Positions 37,351 to 49,300 of a stretch of 64,000 bases of DNA are shown here, piece after piece. Numbering within the stretch: the stretch's first letter is position 1; each line of letters opens with the position of its first letter. The position numbers and the translations under genes are program-made. Source of the stretch: a virus; IMG/VR virus record IMGVR_UViG_2030936005_000025, positions 44,451 through 108,450 of that record; one strand, 5' to 3'. Below the pieces are notes generated by a model. That model was not told the origin of the DNA, did not search any database, and worked only from the letters and a program-made list of their open reading frames with translations.

Positions 37351-40300
37351 TTAGTTAACGAAATTCGGTTTCGCTGCAGTCCATTGAGGAGTATCGTCAC
37401 TGAAATAGAGGTGAGCGGTTACTTTGTTCACATTCCATTTCGACAAGTCCTGGTTGAACCCACGACAACTGGTAAACATGCTTGTCATGTTAGTGACCGA
37501 GGTCGTGTCCCAGTTTCCAATATTACTATTGAATGCAGGAGTCAGACCAAACATCGCTGCCATGCTGGTTACGCTACTTGTCACCCAGGTAGTGATATCC
37601 TGGTTAAACAGCTGGGCACTATAGAACATACCGTTCATCAGTTTAGCAGAACGTGTATTCCACTTGTTGATCAAGCCGTTAAATACTTTCGCATTGTTAA
37701 ACATGTCAGAGAAGTCAGTAACGCTTGATACATCCCACAGATTAAGCGTGCGATCAAACTTACCGGTGTTACGGAACATCTGACGCATCGTTGTCGCGAA
37801 GGAAGTATCCCAACCACCGATATTGGCATTGAAGTTAGTTGCACCGAAGAACATGTCACTGAACTTGCTGACGTTCCCGGTATCCCAAGTATCAATCCCT
37901 TTACCAGTGAAGAAGGTTGCGTTCTCGAACATTGAGTCGAACGAGATCCCAACAACATCACTGAACTTCCACCCAGAGACAGAACCGTTGAACGTAGAGT
38001 TCAAGAACATCTCAGAGAAGTCGGTACAGTTATTGAAGGTTACATTCGGAATGTCGATCTGGAACTTGGTCGTATTAGCGAACATACGGTTCACCTGCAA
38101 CACGTTGCTACCATCCCAGCTCTCGAGGCTCTGATTAAAGTTCAGGGTTGATTCAAACATACTGGTCTGAATCGCCTGTGGACCAAAGCTCCAACCTTCT
38201 ACTGGACAGTTAAAACCAGACAACATGAACATACGTGTCATGTCGGTGACTTTAGCAGGCTTCCAGTTGTTCAAGTTGAATGAACCATCTGCACCAAACA
38301 AGGTAGTGTTGTAGAACATCTCGAACATGGTGGTTGCATTGCTAACAACCCAAGCACCCAGATTACGCGCAAACTTCACAGCGTTATAGAACATACCAGA
38401 GAAGTCTGTAACACCAGACACATCCCATGATGCCAAGTTGGCGTTGAACGACGTTGCGTTAGCAAACATACGTTTCATGAACTGCGCTGCGGTGGTGACC
38501 CAGCTACTGATGTCAATGTTGAATGCAGTTGCATTCTCAAACATCGAGGTGTAATCATTACCTGAGGTGACTTTCCACTTACTGATGTTGCCGTTAAACG
38601 CTGTAGCATTCATGAACATCTGTGCGAAGTTACTCACACGGATAACATCCCAGGTGCTCAAGTCTTGACTAAAGATCGAACAACCATAGAACATGTTCTT
38701 CATGTTGCGACAGTTACTGAGTTTCCATGTTCCCATCGGTTGGTTGTACTTAACACAGCCACTGAATGCACCTTCAAGTGTTTCCACTGAAGTGGTGTTC
38801 CATGCAGTCAGGTTCTGGTTAAAGTTAACCGCACCTTTAAAGATGTTGGACATGTCAGTTACACCGCTCACATTCCAGGTGTCTAACCCGGTATAGGAAG
38901 CAGCCGTACTATTAGCAAACATTCCCGCCAATGAAGTAAAGCGAGTAGGCAGTGGAGCCGAGATAGCAAACGCAGAAGACCCAGCAAAGTTCATGGCAGT
39001 GATACTGTTACCAATTTGTTTCAGCTCACTTAAACCATTCGCCCATACCAGAGACTTCATCCCTGTGATGGCAACCGTTACTACACCGGTATAAGAACTC
39101 GGGATAGTAAAGGTACCACCACCGGTATAAGTCTGTGCAACGTTGTTTACTGTGATCTTGATGTTGGTGCCATCACTCACAGGAACTGCACGACTCTTCG
39201 CTGTATCCCACGTCATGATCGTTGGTTTAGCGGTTAAGAAGAATCGGTTAATCGGCACACCTGAACCGTACACACCCATGAACGCTGGGAAAGATGAACC
39301 GTACCCATAGAAGTTCATGCGCTTGCCATCAACGACAGGCAACAGGTCATTACGCCAACCATCTGGGTCATAGTGGTAGAAGATTTGATCCTTCAAGAAA
39401 CCACATGGAACAATACCGGAGTTCGGTTCTGTTTCATAACCTTGCGGATTGTATTTGTGACCGTAAAGCACAGCACCGTCCGACATCGTACTGGTACCGC
39501 TTGACGTTGACTCGTAGAGCTTGATGAAGAGTTCATCACTACCCTGGAAGTTCTTCGCCGGTGCACTGATTGGTCCTTTAACGTAAACGCTGGAACCACC
39601 TGCGGTGATCACCGACCCAACAGGATAGATAGGTGTGCCCTCTATACTGTTCATCAACCCACCGTGAACAATCACCGTACCGATAGACTGGGAATAAAGC
39701 GCATACTCACCGGGTGTCTTACGGAAACTCCACATTGACTTCTTCAGCATCACTGGCGTCTGATAGTTGATATGGAATTGTTGCGGTGTCTTAGTTCCGT
39801 ACATGGTCAGTGCGTCATAATCGATCGCATAACCGTTGTTAGCGGAATAAGGGAACACAGGGTTGACTGCGTTTGTCTTCGGTCCAAAGGTTACTGTTCC
39901 TGTTGAACTGTCGATACTCAGATCAAATTCGAAATAGAAGTTATTGAACGGAGCCAAGTTTAACATCGCTTGATACGTGTTCTTGGTGCCGGTCTTATCC
40001 ATCAACATCAGGTAAACGTCGGTAGCTTTGAATTCATCCCATCCAACGATGTTGAGGTTACTCACATTCAAACTTGCTGCTTTGTTCACTTTAAGTGGGA
40101 ACGCCGCACCACTGTCAGCCACATTACCTGTGATCTTAACTGTGCGAGTATCGCCTTGAACGTCGATGTACGCATTCTTGATATAACCGTAATACGCATC
40201 GGTACCATCAGCTTTAATCTCTTTCGCTGAGATGGTCTGAGAAACCCAGAAAATCACCCCTTTAAAATAGAAGAACTGACGATGGTTCTGCACCCAACCA

Positions 40301-42420
40301 CCACCGTTCTGCGCAACGTACGCAGTGATGGACTGATCCAGGGTAGTGGGATCCAAGAACTGCAAAGGCGTTTGGATGTTACTGGTGTCGTAGGCATAAC
40401 GACCGTACCCTTTGAAACTGTTTTGGTTGTTAAACACCAAACAGGAGTTTTCAAAGTTAGTGGCATCTGCATCATTACTGATAACAAATGACGGTACATT
40501 AACTGTGGTATCTTCGATCCAGGTTGTGCCTTGACGCCATGGTCCATGATGATGACCAGTCGGTGTTAACAGTTCTGGCGCGTCATCCAACTCACAGCGG
40601 GCCACCGCCCAACGATAAGCATGCGTCCAGTCACGAGACAGTGTCAGGTAATCAATCTGATTTCCGATTACGTTCAGTGGGATATGACGAAGGTGATCCC
40701 CATACAGTCCATCTTGGTTCAAGTTAGACATTTGGGTGTACTGGTATTTCACCAACACAGGTTTGATCGTATCACCATCGGCTAACCAATCATCCACACC
40801 AGTAACGTTGTGCTGATAGTAACCCACATACTGACGGTTATAGAAGGTGTACGTTTTAATGTGACCACCTTGTGCATCAAAGATCCCATCAAACACCATT
40901 GGGTGGAAGATATCGTCTTTAACGTTTCCGCCATACTGAACGAAGCGCCCTGCTTTATCCAAATCCAGATTGTCATTTAACGTCTGGATGTTACTGGTGA
41001 TGTCACGCAGAGAGCTCACAGTGATGTTCACAGACTTCGCTGTATCATTTTCAGCTACCAGGAACGACAAGTCCATGTAGTAGTTGTTGTAATGTGCGTT
41101 GTCTTTGGTCCAGAATCCTAACCCTACACGCAGTGCGAAATCACCCTTCAGACGGTTACGCCAAGTAAAGGCAACTTTACTAACACGATCAGCATTGAAC
41201 GCAGTACGAAGCGATGCAAGCTGAGCATCCGTGTAGTTGAGGATATCGCGCAGACGAATCATGATAGCGTTAGGTTTACCATCACGTTTCAACGCTTTAA
41301 CTTTCGCTGACCCACTTACGGTGAAGTTTAAGGTCGGATAGTTATCCTCAATGTAGGCTGTAGTTTCTGCACGGTTACCTGGACCTTTCTTAGCGTCAAT
41401 TCCCGCCTCACTGAAGCTGTAAACGTTTAACTCGATCACCAGGTATAAGTCAGCGCCTTTACCTTCCAGGTCCGCATACACGCCTGTGGTGATGATATTG
41501 TAAACGTACTTCTCGCGTACCTCGACAATACCCTTCCAGTTGTTCGTCCACTTCCCACTGTTTGACAAGACATCAAACGGTAAACGATAGCGGTTGTATC
41601 CACGCACCCCGACCATGTTACTTTCAACATAACCTACGGAGTGTTTATCGAACATGTGAGAAGAACCTTTTACCAGAATGTTCTCTGGTTCAAAGTTACT
41701 TTCCCCACGCAGATGTGAAGGTCGAGAACGACGCACATCAATGTTCTTGTTATAGATACGCACGTTGGTACCACCGAACTGGGTACTCGCGCGTTTAGCA
41801 CGACCCGCATCCGCAGTAACCTGAGTTAACACGTCGCTGCCGTTCATAGAGGGCAGGATAAATGTCCCGCTGTCTGAACGGAACTGCCACGGTGTTTCGC
41901 TAAGGTAATAAAGAGGATCTTTGAACGACTGAATGACTTCGCCTTCACGCCAGTCAAATGGCCATTGTGGAATACTCCCCAACGTACCGCCTGATGCGAT
42001 AGGAATTAAACGACCTTTGATGTACTTACTCGGGTCGATAGTCAGTCGTGCTTCGATCATGGCTTTCAAGCCAGCGGGATTCGCATAAACATCTTGCAGA
42101 ACGCCTGCGACATGTTCATCTAGCGTACCCATGCGCCAGTTGTTTACCAAATCCAATCCAACGGTCTTTTTAGTCTCGCCGTGGATAGCGCCTTTCTTAC
42201 TGGTGTGAGCCAGTAAGGCAGCATCCATATCCATGACGTACTGATCCAACATTTGGTTAATGTTGTCCGTTGCCGTATCAACCTTTTCCTGTATGTCCGA
42301 AATCTCACCGCGATTTTCAATACGAGCATTATGAATGCCGATCATCGCGTTCAATACGGATCCCAGGTAATCCTCACGTTCATCCGGATTCGGTAATGCT
42401 TTACTCGGATCTACGTACAT
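37351..42420 (-). CDS. Tail fibre-type protein with C-terminal BspA/DUF285 repeats
   Basis: N-terminal H...HGETKKTVGL..VNN fibre motif; about 20 repeats of ~25 aa (W.TS.VT.M..MF....FN..I). Confidence 0.75.
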   Translation of the reverse strand: MYVDPSKALPNPDEREDYLGSVLNAMIGIHNARIENRGEISDIQEKVDTATDNINQMLDQYVMDMDAALLAHTSKKGAIHGETKKTVGLDLVNNWRMGTLDEHVAGVLQDVYANPAGLKAMIEARLTIDPSKYIKGRLIPIASGGTLGSIPQWPFDWREGEVIQSFKDPLYYLSETPWQFRSDSGTFILPSMNGSDVLTQVTADAGRAKRASTQFGGTNVRIYNKNIDVRRSRPSHLRGESNFEPENILVKGSSHMFDKHSVGYVESNMVGVRGYNRYRLPFDVLSNSGKWTNNWKGIVEVREKYVYNIITTGVYADLEGKGADLYLVIELNVYSFSEAGIDAKKGPGNRAETTAYIEDNYPTLNFTVSGSAKVKALKRDGKPNAIMIRLRDILNYTDAQLASLRTAFNADRVSKVAFTWRNRLKGDFALRVGLGFWTKDNAHYNNYYMDLSFLVAENDTAKSVNITVSSLRDITSNIQTLNDNLDLDKAGRFVQYGGNVKDDIFHPMVFDGIFDAQGGHIKTYTFYNRQYVGYYQHNVTGVDDWLADGDTIKPVLVKYQYTQMSNLNQDGLYGDHLRHIPLNVIGNQIDYLTLSRDWTHAYRWAVARCELDDAPELLTPTGHHHGPWRQGTTWIEDTTVNVPSFVISNDADATNFENSCLVFNNQNSFKGYGRYAYDTSNIQTPLQFLDPTTLDQSITAYVAQNGGGWVQNHRQFFYFKGVIFWVSQTISAKEIKADGTDAYYGYIKNAYIDVQGDTRTVKITGNVADSGAAFPLKVNKAASLNVSNLNIVGWDEFKATDVYLMLMDKTGTKNTYQAMLNLAPFNNFYFEFDLSIDSSTGTVTFGPKTNAVNPVFPYSANNGYAIDYDALTMYGTKTPQQFHINYQTPVMLKKSMWSFRKTPGEYALYSQSIGTVIVHGGLMNSIEGTPIYPVGSVITAGGSSVYVKGPISAPAKNFQGSDELFIKLYESTSSGTSTMSDGAVLYGHKYNPQGYETEPNSGIVPCGFLKDQIFYHYDPDGWRNDLLPVVDGKRMNFYGYGSSFPAFMGVYGSGVPINRFFLTAKPTIMTWDTAKSRAVPVSDGTNIKITVNNVAQTYTGGGTFTIPSSYTGVVTVAITGMKSLVWANGLSELKQIGNSITAMNFAGSSAFAISAPLPTRFTSLAGMFANSTAASYTGLDTWNVSGVTDMSNIFKGAVNFNQNLTAWNTTSVETLEGAFSGCVKYNQPMGTWKLSNCRNMKNMFYGCSIFSQDLSTWDVIRVSNFAQMFMNATAFNGNISKWKVTSGNDYTSMFENATAFNIDISSWVTTAAQFMKRMFANATSFNANLASWDVSGVTDFSGMFYNAVKFARNLGAWVVSNATTMFEMFYNTTLFGADGSFNLNNWKPAKVTDMTRMFMLSGFNCPVEGWSFGPQAIQTSMFESTLNFNQSLESWDGSNVLQVNRMFANTTKFQIDIPNVTFNNCTDFSEMFLNSTFNGSVSGWKFSDVVGISFDSMFENATFFTGKGIDTWDTGNVSKFSDMFFGATNFNANIGGWDTSFATTMRQMFRNTGKFDRTLNLWDVSSVTDFSDMFNNAKVFNGLINKWNTRSAKLMNGMFYSAQLFNQDITTWVTSSVTSMAAMFGLTPAFNSNIGNWDTTSVTNMTSMFTSCRGFNQDLSKWNVNKVTAHLYFSDDTPQWTAAKPNFVN

Positions 42421-42463
42421 GAACTACTCCTGAAAATAAAGGGGAGAAGTTCTCCCCTTCTTA

Positions 42464-45400
42464 TTAATTATCGTAAAGCTCACTACGAGACAGGAACTTA
42501 TACGTACCCTGTTCAGTAATGGATCCAGATGATACCGGGACACCCATATCACGCGTACGTGTTAATGGGAAACCTGAGATACTGAAGCTTTGACGACGAT
42601 CGATGGTAACAATGCCGAAATCATCAGTGGTAATGATCGCAACAAGAACATGTCCAGCATTGTGATTACGTAAGATCTTGGTAATCTCATAGATCGCCAT
42701 TGAACCGTTCATAACACAGTACATGTAGAACTTCTGGTTACGATACACATCGGTAAGGTCACGCAGATCCCAGTTGGTTGCTTTCGCAATCATGTTCTGA
42801 CCGTTAAAGGTAACGGAGATATCGGCGTTAACAAACAGTGACCAGTTACCCTCAACATACGTTGCACCGTACATAACTAACCAAGGTGCAGGAATCGTTG
42901 TCGGCTGATAAATGTCTGTACGACCATCCCAAGGCATCTGCAAGTTCATTGCAGCACCTGACCAGTTCGCACCCACACCGGCAAGCCAACCCAACTGAGC
43001 ATTGGCACACAGCTGCCAAGAATACTCATAGTTAAATGCTTGACCTTGTCGTGTTCCCACAGTGGCTTCAGTGATTCCATTCTTACGACGGCGGAAGATC
43101 ACGCGGTTAGTTGTACCGTTACCCGAGATCTGTAACTGTAAGCCAGAGAACCAGGCGATCTCCATGTTCTGGGCTCCCTCACTTTCGAAGTCTAATACTT
43201 CTGTGTGACGGAACTTGGTTTGGAGTCCACCGGTATACGTGATGTTCCATTGGTTATTGATATCAAGCGTAGCCCAGTTATTGGCCAGAATGTTTGAATC
43301 GTTACCAGGGTTCAGTTTAGAGTTGACAAACTGAGTAGTGGTAAATGGATATTGCATCCCCACCACTTTCAGAACACGGATACCATCAGCACCAGTTGAA
43401 GCCACATCCCAAGTAAACGTACCAACGATCATGCGGATAGACGAAGGGCTACCCGTGAGGTGATATGTCGCTGACCAGAAGGAGAAGACCTGATCACCAC
43501 CTGTACCCGGTTGTCCACCAATATAGAAGTCAACGCAAAGGTCAATCAGGCTATTGGCATGTGAGCCCAATGCGGACATCACCATGTCAAGATAAACAGA
43601 ACGTGGAATACGAACTTGTTTAGCTTTATTAGGGCGGGCATTCAAGAACTTACCAACGGTATCGAGAGTGTAGTCCATATCAAGGTTGATGATGATACTG
43701 TTATCTGACTCGGTGGTAATGTCTTTCATGATCCCATTGGCATCGGCTTGTTGTGTCCAGTTAAACGGAGCACCTGGGCTACGATGGATACCTTTACGCC
43801 ACCAACTGAATCCTGTACCTGCTTTACTCTGTGCGGTCTTACGACCTGGTCGGTTGGTAAAGAATGTGTTCACATTCATACCGGTACACTGACCAAAGTT
43901 GGAGTTCGTCTTACGACCACGGATAGGGAAAGGAATGTAATCAGATTGCAGAGAAGAACGCTGATCATAACCATCGTCCGTTCCACCTTCAGTAATACGA
44001 TAGAAGGTCTGCTGAGTCTGTGCTTCATTTTCAGCGGTAAAGATTTCAATCGGATACTGACGCACACCGGTGGTCAATGCATACAAATCAGAGAACGCAC
44101 GTGGGAATCCTGCCACACCAAACGGTGACTTCATTCGGAATGGAACCTGCCACAGTGATCTTAAACCGGCATCACTGGTCCAGTGGTTAGGATAGAACAT
44201 GTATTCATAGTCCCTGTCCTTATTCCCATCACGGTTAATCTGCCAAGTACGGAAGTTATACGGTGGTGTGCCTGTCTGGTCACTTCGCATAGCGATCGCA
44301 CCAAAACCAGCAAGATAGGTGATACAGGTATTAACATACCCAATCCACATCCCATCAATGTCACCAGCGACAATGTAGTCACTCTGTTGCTGAGTTAATC
44401 CAACGTACTTACCGGTGCCACCTGTGGTGTCAACCATGTCACCCGTTGGCATACTCCATGTACTTGCCAGTGTCAAGATGTTATTCTCGACATCCCAATC
44501 ATAGTTAATGATGATATAGAAACCTGCTGAACGCTGGTCTGGGGTATTCGCATACGGAGAGATCATCAACTTGAGACGTGCAAGTTTCGGGTTGTTCGGG
44601 TTAGGAACAATGATCCAACCTTTCTTACGGTTCAGGTAACATTGTTTAACCGGGGAGTTGAACTTTATCCCATATTCAGTAGCCAGCGTTTTTGTTGCGT
44701 CAGTAAACTGCATACGCTGAGGAATAAAGGTGTTCTTGCCAGTACGACGTTCACGCCACAGTGTGTCGTAAGTCACGTTAACACGGGTAAAGGTGATAGA
44801 CGTTTTACTGTCATCGTTTAAGTCCGCATATGGGAAGCGGAACATCACGGTCTGCCAGTGGTCAGCGGCGAAACTGTTTGAGTAGTTAGCTTCATCATCA
44901 CCTTGGAAGGAAGAGGCGTCAGCAAACAGATAAACCCAGTTACCCACTTTAGAGATCTTGTACGTACCTGGACGCATCAAGCTACCGGTCAGGGATTGAA
45001 CCTGATTAAGAACCGCTGTCATATTGACAGGCTTCATGGTGTGACTTGAAGGGTCAAAGGTTGAGTTAGCCGCACAGATCCACCAGTTACCGTCACCCAG
45101 GATAGCAGGACCCGTTGGGTCAGGAACGTTGCCCACCATGAGGACAGTACCGTCAGAACCATCAATCACGTAGTTCGGTGTCTTACCGGCTGCGGTGATA
45201 ACAGGGTGCTGATACTGAACATAAGTATCTTGCCACGGTGTACGGTTTGGATCACGGTCAGTCATGTCAGTCTTGTAGGCATAATACAAGTTCTTAACAC
45301 GACCATCAAAAGCACGGAACAAACACACCAACCAACCATTACCTTCCAGGTTCATGGCAGAGTTTTCTGAGTCACCACCCAGTCCTTCAAAGGAACCGGT

Positions 45401-46261
45401 AATCGGAGGAGGAAGATAAATTCCTGAACCGTAATAGGTGAACGGCAGTTCTGCTTGAACCACAAAGTTTTCTGTCACAGGCTGTGTTTCAGAAATCAGA
45501 CGGTTAAGACCTTTAGGAGTAGAATACAGATCGCTACGAGTTGCTTCTGCATCTTGCTGAGGAGTCGCCAGGAAATAGTTGGAGAGTTTATCTGCATCAA
45601 CATCTGCCGGCACAACACCGTGTGGGTTGTTGTAATCACGAACGTGTTTCATGATCGCACCCCACTTCAGTTTCTGAATATAGTCTAAACGGTTATACAT
45701 CTCCGTCTGGACTTTTTCCAGTAACTCAACAGCACGACCACTGTCAGTAATCTGCGTATTGGTGAACAGGGTAAAGAGTTCGACCAGTCCACCAAAACCT
45801 ACCAGCTCATTCGGGTTCTGAATGTCGTGAGAGTGCAGAGCAGGCCAAACACTACCCGGCTTGTTTCCTACCTGGGTATCCCAATCCACAGGTTTACCCG
45901 AGATGACCATGTCTTCAAGCATCTGAAGTAATGTCTTAACAGAAATAACAGGTTTACCGACTTGCTGGTAAATAACAGTTACTTCTCCTTTACTTGCAAG
46001 AATGTCATCAGCAAGTTCAACATACAGACAGACGGCACGGCCGGTTAGCTTTGTTAAATCAGTAACATCGGATACAGCTTTAAACTTGTCAGAATCAATA
46101 TCCAACCCACCTTTAAGCACTCGAAGAGAGTCCTTATAGAAAGGTCCTTCTTCAGGGACAATCCAAGGTGAGGAGATTTTGGATAAATCGACATCGTCTT
46201 CTTTCTTATACTCAGCGTTCTTCCCCGAGTAATCGATATCGATTAATTGAATATCTTTCAT
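42464..46261 (-). CDS. Tail fibre/baseplate-associated virion protein
   Basis: GPFY, WPALHSHD, NPHGV and PP.ITGSFEGLGG motifs shared with 46321-50040. Confidence 0.7.
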   Translation of the reverse strand: MKDIQLIDIDYSGKNAEYKKEDDVDLSKISSPWIVPEEGPFYKDSLRVLKGGLDIDSDKFKAVSDVTDLTKLTGRAVCLYVELADDILASKGEVTVIYQQVGKPVISVKTLLQMLEDMVISGKPVDWDTQVGNKPGSVWPALHSHDIQNPNELVGFGGLVELFTLFTNTQITDSGRAVELLEKVQTEMYNRLDYIQKLKWGAIMKHVRDYNNPHGVVPADVDADKLSNYFLATPQQDAEATRSDLYSTPKGLNRLISETQPVTENFVVQAELPFTYYGSGIYLPPPITGSFEGLGGDSENSAMNLEGNGWLVCLFRAFDGRVKNLYYAYKTDMTDRDPNRTPWQDTYVQYQHPVITAAGKTPNYVIDGSDGTVLMVGNVPDPTGPAILGDGNWWICAANSTFDPSSHTMKPVNMTAVLNQVQSLTGSLMRPGTYKISKVGNWVYLFADASSFQGDDEANYSNSFAADHWQTVMFRFPYADLNDDSKTSITFTRVNVTYDTLWRERRTGKNTFIPQRMQFTDATKTLATEYGIKFNSPVKQCYLNRKKGWIIVPNPNNPKLARLKLMISPYANTPDQRSAGFYIIINYDWDVENNILTLASTWSMPTGDMVDTTGGTGKYVGLTQQQSDYIVAGDIDGMWIGYVNTCITYLAGFGAIAMRSDQTGTPPYNFRTWQINRDGNKDRDYEYMFYPNHWTSDAGLRSLWQVPFRMKSPFGVAGFPRAFSDLYALTTGVRQYPIEIFTAENEAQTQQTFYRITEGGTDDGYDQRSSLQSDYIPFPIRGRKTNSNFGQCTGMNVNTFFTNRPGRKTAQSKAGTGFSWWRKGIHRSPGAPFNWTQQADANGIMKDITTESDNSIIINLDMDYTLDTVGKFLNARPNKAKQVRIPRSVYLDMVMSALGSHANSLIDLCVDFYIGGQPGTGGDQVFSFWSATYHLTGSPSSIRMIVGTFTWDVASTGADGIRVLKVVGMQYPFTTTQFVNSKLNPGNDSNILANNWATLDINNQWNITYTGGLQTKFRHTEVLDFESEGAQNMEIAWFSGLQLQISGNGTTNRVIFRRRKNGITEATVGTRQGQAFNYEYSWQLCANAQLGWLAGVGANWSGAAMNLQMPWDGRTDIYQPTTIPAPWLVMYGATYVEGNWSLFVNADISVTFNGQNMIAKATNWDLRDLTDVYRNQKFYMYCVMNGSMAIYEITKILRNHNAGHVLVAIITTDDFGIVTIDRRQSFSISGFPLTRTRDMGVPVSSGSITEQGTYKFLSRSELYDN

Positions 46262-46320
46262 CTAAACCTCGATAAATAAATAATAGAGCGATCAAAAGAT
46301 CGCTCTATTAGTTTTTATTG

Positions 46321-49300
46321 TTATGAAATGAAATCAGTGTCAAGCAGAATGGTTGAAGTGTCACCGATATCAAACAGAGAACCTGAAGATGCCAGAATAG
46401 CAGAACCTTCACGCTTCGCTGATATTTGTGCTCCGTCCATTGTGAAACGATTATACGGCTCAATACGATCGATCTGAGTCGGGCCGCAATAAACAGTACC
46501 AATCAATGCCTGGGAACTGGATTCAGGACGAACATCCTTGGTGATGTTATAAACACCTTGCCCACCTGAGTATTGCAAATAGATGTAGTACTTCTTGTTT
46601 GCAGGACTGCTATCAAGCGTCAAGATATCAATATAGGTTGCAGGAATGTCATACATTTTTCCGGCAATCAATACATCGTTCGCATTCTGGAAGTACACCG
46701 TGTATTGTGGTGTCAGAATGTTACTCATCCCAATGGCACTGGTTCCGTTGTATGTGTTGCCCGCAAACTTATCATAGATATTGCCCGTGGTATCGAAGAT
46801 ATCGGAAGCTAATGCCGCACCTTCAAAGATATAAGCATTAGGAAGTGCTGCACCGACACCGTTGTACGGGTTAACAACCATGAAGTTATCTGGACCCCAC
46901 ACTGCTGCATCACGGAAATCAAGCTTGGTCATTTCTGTACCAGCGGCATTGATTTCAAAGTGCACCTGCATCGGTCGACTGTTGCCTTGATACATATGCT
47001 GCGCAATGCCCTGCATGAATCCATAGTAACCCGTGTTGTCGTAAGTAGATCCACGATCCCACGCTTTGTATGGAATCCCGATACCATTAGCGTACGCGTT
47101 ACCAGAAGTAGCACCATAATAAGTGTGAGTGATCGTATTGGTATTGGTTGCATTAACCTTACGGGTGATCTTAACAGGCGAGAGAACAGTGATCTCGCAA
47201 TCAGCATAATACTGATAACCGTCTTTTGTCACCGCAGTTCCTTTGGGAGCGACTGTGGTAACAATGCCTGCATAATACAAGTCAGGCATACGAGGTGAGA
47301 GGAAAGTCCATACTGCATGCCAAGTTCCGTTCGGTGCTTGATAATGGTGAACTTGATAAGTTTCCAATACCTGCTCTTGGGTAAATCCTTGAGCAACCAA
47401 CAATGGAACCAAGGTACGGATGATCGCAGGAATCACGTTGTATGCAGTCACCACCTGAATGGTAGGAACATTATCAACAATCTTCATCTGAGAGTCATAC
47501 GGCCAGATTCCATCACCACGACGTTTGCCTACTCCATTTGGATCAGTAGGATTAGTAGGTGCTTTTCCGTCAATACGCGTGTCACTGTTACAACCCAACA
47601 TTCTGCGGAAGACGTCTTTGGCATTTACGCCAGCGCGGGGATAATGCGTTCCCAACATGTACCATTGACCAATATCAGTAAGTACTCCGGATGGAGTAAA
47701 CGGATAGTTCTGGAAACTCTTTCCTTGGAACGTGGATTGCTGAGACGGTTTAACATGCTGGAAGTTACTGTCCAGGAACGGCGTGTAACGGAAGTACCAA
47801 CGCAGACCGACACCAGGGATACCCTGTGTTCCGATGATACACGCTTTGGTGTAGTCATCACTGTCAGCACAAACTAAACGCTGGTTAGCCCACAATGTTC
47901 CCATCCCCAATGGGTTCGTCTCATTAAACATCAGGCGGTCGTAAACAACATCCCAAGGACCTGACTGAGGTGATTCTAACATCTTCTCAGCAGACTCTAA
48001 ATAACGAGCACGGACAATAGCATAAGCAGGTGGGAAGGCGGTATTACCAAATCCTTGAGTAAAGGAAATGTAAGCACCGGTCAGAGCAGCAGAACCCGTG
48101 TTATCCAAAGCAGACGGATAATAGGTAGATGCGTTCATGACATAACGGTTGTAGTTATCCCATTCCTTCTTACCACTGACTTGACCACCCACTGTGGTAT
48201 CGACTGTATAAATTTTATCAAAACCCGGTGCCGGTGTGACATCGATTGTGAAGTCCGCACCATTACGGGTAATCTTAAAGGAACCTGCCCAGGTACTCCA
48301 GCCTTGGAAGTTTACTGTATTGTATCCAATGTTGTTATTCGCCACTTCAATACGAACAGCGAACTCACCCAATGTCCCCTTACCTAACCAATAAGCATTA
48401 GGGTCTCGGAATGCCCAGCAACCATCAATGGGAGGATCATACACTGCGAAGTGAGAGGTACAAACACGTTTACCATTAATGTTCTCATACTTCGGCGCAT
48501 ACGGCATAAAGTAACTGTCGTTAGCATTACCCCAAAGCGGATGATTGAAGTTAATGTGAGCACGTTTGATTGTGCCTGACTTCCCGGCCACGATGTTGAT
48601 GCTGTACGCAATACGCTGTAGCGGGTAGTTGTTCCAGGCACCGTAACCTAATGTCTTCCATTCAGGGAAAGCTGACGGACGGCGTTCTGCAAATTCAGGC
48701 GCACGATAAGCCTGAACGATACCCCAGTAGTCAGCGTAGTTTGCATCCGCAATAACGTTTGCACCATCCACGTTGTTATAAATATCGGCTGGGTTAATGT
48801 TCCCCACGATATCCTGGGTTACCCATTCACCGGAAAGTGGAATCAGAACGTGACGATCTGGGTTAAAGGTTCCTTTGGTTTCACACCACCACCACAGATT
48901 TTTGATGCTGTCACCCACAACCATAACGTATTTGTTAGAACCATTAATAATGGAGTCCAACGTAGCACCGGCTGCGGTTGCAGTAGGATGCTGATACAGG
49001 TAGGAAGTGAAGTCATAGACCGCATCTTTAGCTTGCCAGTTACGGCAGCGGATGAAATACAGACCACGATACTTACCGTTGTTACGGTGATTCAGAATCA
49101 ACAACGTACCATCAGTTTCGATGATCGCCCCACCACGACGTGATGACCCACCTAACCCTTCAAAGCTTCCTGCAATTGTCGGTGGGATAAAGGTATCCGA
49201 ACCGTAACGCAGAATAGGAAGTGAACCCGATGGGAACAGTTTATCGTTACGCCCTGAGGACGCCTCAGCCGCTTTAGCAGCGTTGTAAACTGTGATACGT

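Noticed and set aside
37351..38930. CRISPR-like or non-coding tandem array (75-bp periodicity)
   Set aside because: The periodicity is explained by degenerate coding BspA/DUF285 repeats.
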